DNA from: Bacteroidales bacterium
GTDB taxonomy: Bacteria > Bacteroidota > Bacteroidia > Bacteroidales > UBA4181
Assembly (NCBI GenBank): GCA_031551645.1
Contig: JAVBNI010000246.1
Span: 2,646 to 66,645 of the forward strand
DNA: 64,000 nucleotides
Reading direction: 5' to 3'
Positions 48,303 through 57,325 of this stretch are shown one piece after another. The translations under genes were made by a program, and so were the position numbers. Under the pieces are notes generated by a model that saw only the letters and a list, made by a program, of their open reading frames with translations, did no database searches and was not told the DNA's origin. Numbering within the stretch: the stretch's first letter is position 1; each line of letters begins with the position of its first letter.

Positions 48303-49209
48303 CTCTATAAGCCATACTTATGATATAGTTTTTATTTCTACTTTTATAGATAATGAAAGTGTAGAACAATTAGTGAGTAGTATAGAAAATAATATAAAAT
48401 CATTAAAAATTTTTGTAATACTCATTAACCAGTCTGACCCAACAAATGTTTTAAGTAATCTAAAAAATATCAATATTATTGTACTAACAGTTGGCCGATT
48501 ATCTTTATCAAAAGCTCGAAATATTGGAATAAATTATATTATTGATAATAAAATTCAAGCTTCTCATTTCATGTTTCCTGATGATGACTCTTCTTTTGAT
48601 AAATATTTTTTCGAAAACTATCAATCCGTTGTTGAAAAGGGGAAAAATTATCTGATTGACGTCTATTGTGAAGGAACGGACAAGTTATATAGGAATAATA
48701 ATTATCAGGATGGTGATATTCTTACATTGTCCAAATATGAAGCAGCCATGTCCGTAAATATGATTATCGAATATAATACCTTTTTAAAAGTTGGATATTT
48801 TGATGAAAATTTGGGTGTAGGAGCAAAATATGGTGCTGGCGAAGATGGAGATTATTATATTCGTTGTTGTAAAGTATCTGGGTATTTTATTTACATTAAA
48901 CAGTTACACACTTTTCATCCATCTCCTAATGATCGTTATAATAGAATGCCTCTGCACAGCCTCATAAAACGATTTAATAACTATGGACGTGGTGTTATAT
49001 ATATGCAATGTAAACATTCTTTTTATAAAGATGCATTGGCGACTAGCATAAGAGCTATTGGCGGAGCTTTTTACTATTTGTTGAAAGGAAATTTTCGATT
49101 ATTTGGAGCATATATTTGTTCATTCTTTTCACGAATTTCATTATTTGTAAAATGTCGCATTGTAAGAATGGATAGATGTAATACAAAAGGACAAGATAAA
49201 ATACGATGA
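48295..49209 (+). CDS. GT2 glycosyltransferase
   Basis: LSKARNIG, FPDDD, FDENLGVGAKYGAGEDGD. Confidence 0.85.
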   Translation: MNNSISHTYDIVFISTFIDNESVEQLVSSIENNIKSLKIFVILINQSDPTNVLSNLKNINIIVLTVGRLSLSKARNIGINYIIDNKIQASHFMFPDDDSSFDKYFFENYQSVVEKGKNYLIDVYCEGTDKLYRNNNYQDGDILTLSKYEAAMSVNMIIEYNTFLKVGYFDENLGVGAKYGAGEDGDYYIRCCKVSGYFIYIKQLHTFHPSPNDRYNRMPLHSLIKRFNNYGRGVIYMQCKHSFYKDALATSIRAIGGAFYYLLKGNFRLFGAYICSFFSRISLFVKCRIVRMDRCNTKGQDKIR

Positions 49210-49216
49210 AAATATA

Positions 49217-49224
49217 TACCTTTG
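49217..49224 (+). promoter_or_regulatory. Internal -7 promoter box TACCTTTG
   Basis: Exact TAnnTTTG match in the spacer before 49342. Confidence 0.4.
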
Positions 49225-49341
49225 TCATAAATCAAGGTAAAGCAAAAATATATTTTTAATATAATAGAACATTTTCGAAATTAATATTGGATCGAAAGTG
49301 GTTAAAATATTTTCGTGGATTTATAAAGGAAAAATCTTTAA

Positions 49342-50154
49342 ATGATTGCAGTTTCAATTGTATTGTATAATACCTTGTATCAGAAGGTTGAAGCACTAAT
49401 CAATGGATTGTTGTCGTGTGGTAGTATATGTCATTTGTATATTATAGATAATTCTGCCACAAAAACAAAAATTCCAATATTTGATAATCGAGTAGAGTAT
49501 ATATTTAACAATAAAAATATAGGTTTTGGAGCTGCTCATAATATTGCACTATTAAAATCTATTCAAAATAAGACCAAATATCATATAATAATTAATCCTG
49601 ACATCGAACTGGAACCAATTATTATTGATGACTTGAAGTACTTTATGGAAGGAAATATACATGTTGGCTTAGTGATGCCTAAAGTTCTTTATCCTAATGG
49701 TGAAATTCAATACTTATGTAAACTGCTCCCAACTCCGTTTGATTGGATATTTAGGCGATTTCTTCCACTTAGGAAAATAGTGGAGAAACGCAATAATAGA
49801 TATGAATTACGCGATTCGGGATATAATAAGATTATGAATATTCCTTATCTTTCAGGATGTTTTATGTTTTTTCGAGTACATGTGCTTGAAGAAATTGGTG
49901 TTTTTGATGAAAGTATTTTTATGTATGGTGAAGATACTGATATAACACGTCGAATTCATCACAAATACGAAACCCTTTTTTACCCTCATGTCTCTATTGT
50001 ACACCAACACAATAAAGAATCATATCGAAATAACCGATTATTATGGATACATATAAAATCTGCTTTTTATTACTTTAATAAATGGGGGTGGTTTTTTGAC
50101 AAAGAAAGACGAACTATAAATAAAAAGCTGCTTAAAGATTTATCTATAAGATGA
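49342..50154 (+). CDS. GT2 glycosyltransferase (WbbL/rhamnosyltransferase-like)
   Basis: SIVLYN, NIGFGAAHN, INPD, LSGCFM, FMYGEDTD. Confidence 0.88.
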   Translation: MIAVSIVLYNTLYQKVEALINGLLSCGSICHLYIIDNSATKTKIPIFDNRVEYIFNNKNIGFGAAHNIALLKSIQNKTKYHIIINPDIELEPIIIDDLKYFMEGNIHVGLVMPKVLYPNGEIQYLCKLLPTPFDWIFRRFLPLRKIVEKRNNRYELRDSGYNKIMNIPYLSGCFMFFRVHVLEEIGVFDESIFMYGEDTDITRRIHHKYETLFYPHVSIVHQHNKESYRNNRLLWIHIKSAFYYFNKWGWFFDKERRTINKKLLKDLSIR

Positions 50155-51152
50155 AAATAAAAAATATTTGTCTAATTGGAGCGTCAGGCTTTGTTGGGAC
50201 TCGATTAATTGAATTGTTGAAGCAACAGGACATATCATTACTTAATATTGATAAGAATGATAGCCATTTTTATCCAGAAGTCACAACTATTGCAGATGTT
50301 CGAGACAAGGAAAAATTAGACTCTTTATTGAAAGGACAAGACTTGGTTGTATTGCTTGCAGCAGAACATCGTGATGATGTTTCTCCTGTTTCGCTTTATT
50401 ATGATGTTAATGTTGACGGGACACGGAATGTACTGGAAGCAATGGATCGTTGTGGAATAAAAAAGATTATTTTTACAAGTTCTGTCGCTATTTACGGATT
50501 AAATAAAAACAATCCTGATGAAAGCTCTCTGGCTGACCCATTTAATCATTATGGTAAAAGTAAGTGGCAAGCAGAAGATATATTGAGAAAGTGGTATAAC
50601 GAAGATACACAAAACAAAACTCTTTATATTATACGACCAACTGTTATTTTCGGTGAACGGAATAGAGGTAACGTATATAATCTTCTTAAACAAATATCGA
50701 GTGGAAAATTCTTGATGGTAGGACGGGGAAATAATATAAAATCTATGTCTTATGTTGGAAATATTGTCGCGTTTATAGATTTTTTAATACATCAAAAAAG
50801 AACAGGTTATGAAGTATACAATTATGTGGATAAGCCAGATCTTACTACAAATGAACTGGTAAAAATTGTTAGCCAAGTGTTGCATAAGCATATCCCTACA
50901 ATACATATCCCTTATTGGGTAGGAATGTTGGGCGGGTATATGTATGATTTACTTGCGTATGCTACCCAAAAAAAACTTACTATAAGTTCGGTCAGAGTTA
51001 AAAAATTTTGTGCCACAACACAATTTGATGCTACCAAAGTTTTAGCCTCTAGTTTTATCACTCCATATTCTCTATCAGAAGGTTTACACCGAACAATAAA
51101 TTTTGAGTTTATCGAAAAAAAATGCGATGAAATTACTTTTGTATCAGAATAA
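50151..51152 (+). CDS. Gnu-like GlcNAc-PP-undecaprenol 4-epimerase (extended SDR)
   Basis: GASGFVG, LAAEHRDDVSPVSLYYDVNV, YGKSK, RPTVIFGERNRGNVYNL, RVKKFC, recognised as enterobacterial Gnu-type motifs. Confidence 0.75.
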   Translation: MKIKNICLIGASGFVGTRLIELLKQQDISLLNIDKNDSHFYPEVTTIADVRDKEKLDSLLKGQDLVVLLAAEHRDDVSPVSLYYDVNVDGTRNVLEAMDRCGIKKIIFTSSVAIYGLNKNNPDESSLADPFNHYGKSKWQAEDILRKWYNEDTQNKTLYIIRPTVIFGERNRGNVYNLLKQISSGKFLMVGRGNNIKSMSYVGNIVAFIDFLIHQKRTGYEVYNYVDKPDLTTNELVKIVSQVLHKHIPTIHIPYWVGMLGGYMYDLLAYATQKKLTISSVRVKKFCATTQFDATKVLASSFITPYSLSEGLHRTINFEFIEKKCDEITFVSE

Positions 51153-51166
51153 ATTATCATATATGC

Positions 51167-52891
51167 ATGCAACATAGATATTGGCATTTAATTTTTCTAT
51201 TTACATTTTTATTTATTCAAGCATGTAATTTTCATAAAGTTAATCAAGAAATAATATTAATTGGGATATTTTCCAATGAAAAAATAAAAATTGCTGTTTT
51301 TGAGGATATTGAAAATTTTAGAGCAAATATTTTTCTTGAAGATAGGAGAAGTAATGATTCCATATTTTTCAGTATTCCAGAACAAAAATGGGCGAAAGCT
51401 TCAAAATTTTATCTGCCAGTTTATCAAGATTCTACTATAACATTGTGTTTTGATAAAATGATCATAAAAAATGTTTCGGTTATTAATGCGAAGAATATCA
51501 GCAGTGTAACATGGCTTAAGGATTTGTCTTTAAAAAAAGAAAACAAAGGAAAGCAAGATATTTACATAATGCATCCTGGAAATAATGAAGCAGTAATAGT
51601 TTTTTTTCCACCATTATTTTATCAATCCCGTCCTATCGGCCTCCAACTCTTCCTCCGCCTATCCTTTTGCGCTACTTTACTCTTTCTCATAGCTTTCTTA
51701 TTCAAACAATCTTCTTCTCAACGACTCCTATTGTCCTCTATTGCTTTCTTCCTCGCCTGCCTCCCCCTCCAAATGGAATGGAGCAATTGGACCCTTGGCG
51801 TTATGGGCGGTATTTCTATTCTCGCTTTCATCCTTGATAAGGAACGAAAATTCCGATGGCAACCAATATTTTGGGTACCAGTAGCTATTTATGCATTTTA
51901 TTTGTTAGGTTGTTTGTATGCTGAGCATAAAGCCGATGCATATAAAGAGCTTGATAGTTCAGTTGCATTCCTCATTTTTCCGGTTATTTTTTCGATCATC
52001 CAATTGAAAAGAGAAAATATTAACCTGTTGTTGCGTTTCTTCATCAGGGTGATGATGATTTTCTGCATATTTGGACTCATATCTTATGCGACTATTGTTC
52101 CTGAATTCACATGGAATATGGCTTTCAGGGACAGCAAATTGTATGCGCCCTTGCTGCTAATGTGGCCGGCGTTTCCGCATCCTTCTGTCACAGCTATGGT
52201 GTTGGCGATGGCAGTACCTGTTGCCATATATTTGCGGTACCAGGCAAAGAATACTTCGATGGTTGAAATGCTGTTGTGTTTGTGTTTGATCATGATATTT
52301 TCGATGCTTACCGGAGCACGTGTTGCGATGATTGTTGTTCCGTTGTTAATAGGATTGGGATTTTTGTTTTATAGTAGGATCAGGCCAATATTCAAATGGA
52401 TAATGATGGGAATGGGCGTATTGGGATGTATATGGATGTTACAACGTTATCCGGGTTTGGAAACCAAGTTTTCCGACCCTATCCGTGAGCAACTCCGGGA
52501 AACAGCTATGGACAGGATTAGTCAAAAACCTGTCTTTGGCTGGGGAACCGGAAGCATGAGACAAATAATCGCGTCGGAAGAAACGGCGCATCGTTTAGGA
52601 TACGAAGCTCCTCAGGATGTGAATCATTTTCATAACCAGTATCTCGATATGGCAGTACAGTATGGTATTCCCGGAATATTGCTGATATTGGGTTTATTGG
52701 GTTGGTGTCTGGTATTGGCGTTCAAAAATAAGGATTTCCTGTTACTGGCGTTTGTGGTCATGTATGGTATTTTCATGATAGTGGAATCTCCATTCACCGG
52801 GGTTAAAACTATACAGCCAATGATGTTTTGGCTCTGTTTCTTTGTGGCGACGCAAAAAATGCGATATAATGATGGATATAAGTTGTGGTAA
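51167..52891 (+). CDS. O-antigen ligase family (Wzy_C) protein with N-terminal extension
   Basis: Multi-TM; TGAR, DPIREQL, KPVFGWGTG, HFHNQYLDMAVQYGIPG. Confidence 0.85.
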   Translation: MQHRYWHLIFLFTFLFIQACNFHKVNQEIILIGIFSNEKIKIAVFEDIENFRANIFLEDRRSNDSIFFSIPEQKWAKASKFYLPVYQDSTITLCFDKMIIKNVSVINAKNISSVTWLKDLSLKKENKGKQDIYIMHPGNNEAVIVFFPPLFYQSRPIGLQLFLRLSFCATLLFLIAFLFKQSSSQRLLLSSIAFFLACLPLQMEWSNWTLGVMGGISILAFILDKERKFRWQPIFWVPVAIYAFYLLGCLYAEHKADAYKELDSSVAFLIFPVIFSIIQLKRENINLLLRFFIRVMMIFCIFGLISYATIVPEFTWNMAFRDSKLYAPLLLMWPAFPHPSVTAMVLAMAVPVAIYLRYQAKNTSMVEMLLCLCLIMIFSMLTGARVAMIVVPLLIGLGFLFYSRIRPIFKWIMMGMGVLGCIWMLQRYPGLETKFSDPIREQLRETAMDRISQKPVFGWGTGSMRQIIASEETAHRLGYEAPQDVNHFHNQYLDMAVQYGIPGILLILGLLGWCLVLAFKNKDFLLLAFVVMYGIFMIVESPFTGVKTIQPMMFWLCFFVATQKMRYNDGYKLW

Positions 52892-53122
52892 AGGTATTTG
52901 TTTTTTATTTTCTGCCAGTTAAAGTAGAGACGGCGGTAAAGCTTCCAAGTGTTATCACTTTCATATTATTTATTGGCACATAACACGATATGCATTTTAA
53001 CATTTTTTAACATACAAACGAATTATCGTCTATTAAAAGTATCTGTAAATGTCGTACTTTTAACAAAATTTTTGAAATAAATAAAACATACTGATAATCA
53101 AAATTAATCGATAAATTTTATA

Positions 53123-54676
53123 ATGTCGAGAACAAAAAAATCTTCAAAGAAACGCCTGTGGTTGATTTTTCTCATTGGAATAATACTTGGGGTGGTGGTA
53201 ATGTTATGCGGGAACAAAGCAATGCATTATGCTGGGACGGACGAATATTGTGAAAGTTGCCATGTGCATCCGCATACGTTTGATAGTTGGAAGAAATCGT
53301 CACATTATAATAATGAATCCGGTGTACGGGTTCATTGTATCGATTGTCATCTGCCTCCCAAAGGTGGTTTTTATCATTTCAGGGAAAAAGCGCGTACCGG
53401 GTTACATGATTTATGGGCATATTGGACAAAAGATAGCGCTGACTTTAACTGGGAAAAGAAAAGTCAATTAGAATATGCCGTTAAGATTGTTTATAACGAA
53501 TCATGTAAGGAATGCCATGTCAATTTGTTCCCGAAAGGTTTGTCGAACGAAGGAGGTACAGCACATTTGTATTATGAAGCAAACGAAAGTAAGCTTAACC
53601 TGCAATGTATCAGTTGTCACTTGGATGTGGGGCACTACGATCCGAATTACAAGCACGCCAAAATGACTGGAGTTCCGACAATTTCTTCGGCCGATGCTGA
53701 AATATACACGGAAGCAGCTAAAGTAGAACGATTTGAAAATTATACCGAAAAAATTCCCGGAACATCTGTATCTTTTGATATGATTGCTATTCCCGGGGGG
53801 ACATTCAAGATGGGTAGTCCTGATAGGGAAAAATTCCGCCATGATGACGAAGGCCCGATACGTGATGTAACATTGAACCCTTTTTTCATGAGCAAGGTGG
53901 AAGTTACATGGGACGAATACTGGTCATTCCATTTACGGACTTCATCCGAAGGACGTATTGCTCCCGATATTATCAGGGAACGTAACCGGATTGCTGAAAC
54001 ACCTGATGCCATCAGTGGTCCGACACCGCCATTCGGTACGCCCGACCAGGGATGGGGTGGTGGTTCGCGTCCAGCCATTACCATGACGCACTATTCAGCC
54101 GAAATTTATTGTAAATGGCTATCGGGAGTAACCGGGAAGAAATATCGCCTGCCAACCGAGGCAGAATGGGAATATGCTGCACGTGGCGAAACCGAAACTC
54201 CATATTTTTTCGAAGGAAGTCCAAAGAAATTCTCGTCACAGGGATGGTGGAACAAAATGTTTGGACCTGATACGGCGATTATCAACAGGTATGTGATATA
54301 TGTGCTGAATAGTGATATGAAAACCCAGGAGCCGTCGAAAGTCAAGGAAAATCCGTTCGGTTTGAAAAATATGCTGGGGAACGTGTTGGAATATTGTTCT
54401 GACTGGTATGCTCCGGATACTTATACGAAAACAGGTTCTTCAGTGACCAACCCCAAAGGACCTGAAGAAGGAACCGAATATGTAGTACGCGGAGGAAATT
54501 ATACCGATGATGCGGCAAATGTCCGTGCTGCTGCACGTTTCTCTACCAAAACAGACGAATGGTTGAAAACCGACCCGCAACAGCCCAAAAGTATCTGGTG
54601 GTATTCGGATATCAAAGGGATCGGGTTCCGTGTTGTATGCGAACCGGATAGTTCGGTTGTAATAACCAATAAATGA
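53123..54676 (+). CDS. NapC/NirT tetraheme cytochrome c fused to FGE-sulfatase (SUMF1-like) domain
   Basis: N-terminal TM helix; CESCH, CIDCH, CKECH, CISCH; then IPGGTFKMGS, EVTW, RLPTEAEWEYAARG, NPFGL..MLGNV.E, RGG, GFRVV. Confidence 0.9.
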   Translation: MSRTKKSSKKRLWLIFLIGIILGVVVMLCGNKAMHYAGTDEYCESCHVHPHTFDSWKKSSHYNNESGVRVHCIDCHLPPKGGFYHFREKARTGLHDLWAYWTKDSADFNWEKKSQLEYAVKIVYNESCKECHVNLFPKGLSNEGGTAHLYYEANESKLNLQCISCHLDVGHYDPNYKHAKMTGVPTISSADAEIYTEAAKVERFENYTEKIPGTSVSFDMIAIPGGTFKMGSPDREKFRHDDEGPIRDVTLNPFFMSKVEVTWDEYWSFHLRTSSEGRIAPDIIRERNRIAETPDAISGPTPPFGTPDQGWGGGSRPAITMTHYSAEIYCKWLSGVTGKKYRLPTEAEWEYAARGETETPYFFEGSPKKFSSQGWWNKMFGPDTAIINRYVIYVLNSDMKTQEPSKVKENPFGLKNMLGNVLEYCSDWYAPDTYTKTGSSVTNPKGPEEGTEYVVRGGNYTDDAANVRAAARFSTKTDEWLKTDPQQPKSIWWYSDIKGIGFRVVCEPDSSVVITNK

Positions 54677-54713
54677 TAACCAAATTTCAATATAATAGAC
54701 AAAAACAAATATC

Positions 54714-56102
54714 ATGAGTAAAAATTCGTTAAACAGAAGAGATTTTCTTTCAAGTGCTGCATTAGTGGGAGCTGCAGGCACATTAGGAGCAGGCACATTA
54801 CTTTCATCATGTAGCGGCGGCAGCAAGGAACCTGCATTAGTTCCATTAAGGCCCGAAGCAGAGTGGAATCTTCCCAGTAAGGAGATATTACCTGATAAAG
54901 CAACTGATGGAGTTGAATTAAAAGTTGGTTTGGTAGGTTGCGGCGGTCAGGGTACAGGCGACCTTGTTAAACTGACAAAAGCAGCCAACGGGATCAAAGT
55001 TGTGGCTTTGGGTGATATGTTCCAGGACAGGATTGACCGGTGTCGCAAAGAATTAAAGGATAATTCCAACCAGGAAGTTCCCGATAACATGTGCTTCACA
55101 GGATTTGATGCTTACCAAAAGGTAATCAACGCAGGGATCGACATGGTTATGCTCGTTACCCCTCCGGTGTTCCGCCCAGTTCATTTTAAAGCTGCCGTGG
55201 ATGCCGGAAAACATGTCTTCATGGAAAAGCCGATTTGTGTTGATCCTGTTGGTGCCCGTTCAATTATGGCTACAGCAAAGCAGGCAATTGCACAAGGGTT
55301 GTGTGTTATTACCGGTACACAACGTCATCATCAGAGAAATTATATCGAAAGCTATAAGCAAATACAAAGCGGCTTGATCGGAGATATTGTTTCGGGTGTA
55401 GTATATTGGAACCAATCTATGCTTTGGTACCGCACGAAAGAAAAGACCTGGACGGATATGGAATGGATGATCCGCGACTGGGTGAACTGGACTTGGTTGT
55501 CAGGTGACCATATTGTAGAACAACATGTTCACAATATCGACGTGTTCAATTGGTTCACAGGGAAAAAACCTGTAAAGGCGGTTGCTTTCGGTGCGCGTCA
55601 ACGTCGTTTGACCGGTGACCAATACGATATGTTCAGTGTCGATTACACTTACGAAGGTGGCATTCACATGCACAGCATGTGCCGTCAGATCGATGGGTGT
55701 GTAAGTAATGTCTCCGAATTTATCCAGGGAACCAAAGGTTCATGGACAAGCAGGGACGGCCATTCAATTAAAGACCTGCAAGGGAATGAATTGTGGCGTT
55801 ATGATAAAGAAAAAGAAAAAGCCGAATTCAAAGTAGACGATGCTTATGTATTGGAGCTGGTCAACTGGGTAAATCTGATCCGGTCGAAAAAACCGATCTG
55901 CCAGGCGGAAGAAACAGCCATTTCGTCTTTGACAGCCGTGATGGGACGTATTTCTGCCTACACCGGGGGAGAAGTAACTTGGGATCAGGTAATGTCCATG
56001 GATATGAACCTGCTGCCTGAAAATCTGGAGCTCAAGAATATGGATATGTCCAAATATATGATACCCATTCCAGGAAAATCTAAGGAAGAAAAGAAAGGAT
56101 AA
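54714..56102 (+). CDS. Tat-exported Gfo/Idh/MocA oxidoreductase (probable lipoprotein)
   Basis: NRRDFL twin-arginine signal ending LSSC; GLVGCGGQG; MEKP; GDHIVEQHVHNID. Confidence 0.9.
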   Translation: MSKNSLNRRDFLSSAALVGAAGTLGAGTLLSSCSGGSKEPALVPLRPEAEWNLPSKEILPDKATDGVELKVGLVGCGGQGTGDLVKLTKAANGIKVVALGDMFQDRIDRCRKELKDNSNQEVPDNMCFTGFDAYQKVINAGIDMVMLVTPPVFRPVHFKAAVDAGKHVFMEKPICVDPVGARSIMATAKQAIAQGLCVITGTQRHHQRNYIESYKQIQSGLIGDIVSGVVYWNQSMLWYRTKEKTWTDMEWMIRDWVNWTWLSGDHIVEQHVHNIDVFNWFTGKKPVKAVAFGARQRRLTGDQYDMFSVDYTYEGGIHMHSMCRQIDGCVSNVSEFIQGTKGSWTSRDGHSIKDLQGNELWRYDKEKEKAEFKVDDAYVLELVNWVNLIRSKKPICQAEETAISSLTAVMGRISAYTGGEVTWDQVMSMDMNLLPENLELKNMDMSKYMIPIPGKSKEEKKG

Positions 56103-56124
56103 GTTTCTTTTTCAGCATATTGAC

Positions 56125-56152
56125 AAAAGCTGTCCGAAACTGGACAGCTTTT
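56125..56152. terminator. Intrinsic (bidirectional) terminator
   Basis: AAAAGCTGTCC-GAAACT-GGACAGCTTTT, perfect 11-bp stem. Confidence 0.85.
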
Positions 56153-56233
56153 TGTTATTTATATCAGAAAAATCATTGCGTAATGATGATTTCTTTGTTT
56201 CTTTTGCAGCTAAAAATCAAACAATCTTGAACT

Positions 56234-57100
56234 ATGAAAAAGAAATTGAAAGTTGGATCTATCCTTCGTTCTCACCTGATCATCACCTTTGGGCTACTCT
56301 GTACTACCTTTGGTTGGGGCGCATTTCTCATCCCCAGCAATGTAACAGGCGGAGGAGTGAGTGGTATTGCCGCCATTGTATATTTTGCAACCAAGTTTCC
56401 GGCCGGCATCACTTATTTGTTGGTCAATGCAGTATTGATCCTTGTGTCCATGAAAATTGTCAATGTGAATTTCGGACTGAAATCGGTATATGGTGTCGTT
56501 GTGTTTTCCTTATTGCTTAGCTTGTTTCAACGAGTATTTCCGGAACCATTGGTCAGCGATACATTATTGGCAACCATTGTAGGCGCTATTCTTTCGGGCA
56601 TCGGGACGGGCATTGTATTTACACAGGGAGGCAGCGCCGGAGGTACCGACCTGATTGCCATGATGATCACTAGCCAACGGAATATCAGTCCCGGGCGCGT
56701 GATCATGATGGTAGATGTGGTCGTAATTTCTTCGTCGTTTTTCATATTTCATTCCCTGGAACGGATGATCTATGGGTATTGTGTGATGGTGATCGCCAGT
56801 TATGTGGTAGATTTCATCCTGGCAGGTTCCAAACAATCATACCAGCTGTTTATTTTTTCAGATAAGTATGAAGAAGTTGCCGAACATATCTTCGCCAATG
56901 TCAAGCGGGGGTTAACTTTAGTTGATGCACAGGGATGGTACTCCAAAAAACCAACTAAAATGATCTTGGTGATTGTCCGGAAATACGAAGTAACCGATGT
57001 TTTCAAGGCCATTAAGGAAATAGATCCCGAAGCATTCATTTCCATGGGAAATGTAATGGGAGTATATGGTAAGGGATTTGACCAAATGAAGGTGAAATAA
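56234..57100 (+). CDS. YitT family membrane protein
   Basis: GGVSGIA, GGSAGGTDLIA, RGLT...GWYS, IDPEAFI...VMGVYGKGF. Confidence 0.9.
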   Translation: MKKKLKVGSILRSHLIITFGLLCTTFGWGAFLIPSNVTGGGVSGIAAIVYFATKFPAGITYLLVNAVLILVSMKIVNVNFGLKSVYGVVVFSLLLSLFQRVFPEPLVSDTLLATIVGAILSGIGTGIVFTQGGSAGGTDLIAMMITSQRNISPGRVIMMVDVVVISSSFFIFHSLERMIYGYCVMVIASYVVDFILAGSKQSYQLFIFSDKYEEVAEHIFANVKRGLTLVDAQGWYSKKPTKMILVIVRKYEVTDVFKAIKEIDPEAFISMGNVMGVYGKGFDQMKVK

Positions 57101-57152
57101 ATAACAATCTCGTTTACTTATGGATAGATAAAATAAGTTGTTATATTTTGCC

Positions 57153-57290
57153 AAGCTCCTTGACAGCGGTCGATAGACCCTGTCAGCGGAAGATCGGAAT
57201 AAATTATTTCTAAATCGTCCCTTAGTCGTTCTTTGTCCGCTTCAGCGGAAGAATCAATCCACCCATTTGTCTGTGGGTGGATTGAATTGC
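57153..57290 (+). ncRNA. Candidate structured non-coding RNA
   Basis: GC-enriched spacer between convergent genes; TATTTTG promoter-like box at 57144-57150; three hairpins and a repeated TCAGCGGAAGA. Confidence 0.45.
57254..57285. terminator. Perfect 12-bp hairpin between convergent yitT and susD
   Basis: TCAATCCACCCA-TTTGTCTG-TGGGTGGATTGA; no long U-tract. Confidence 0.55.
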
Positions 57291-57325
57291 ATAGAAGTTC
57301 CGTTAAAAATATCACAACTTTTTCA

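Noticed and set aside
53700-54676. Calling the FGE domain a formylglycine-generating enzyme or gliding protein GldK/GldJ
   Set aside because: Catalytic cysteines are missing, no sulfatase or gld genes are adjacent, and it is fused to a cytochrome.
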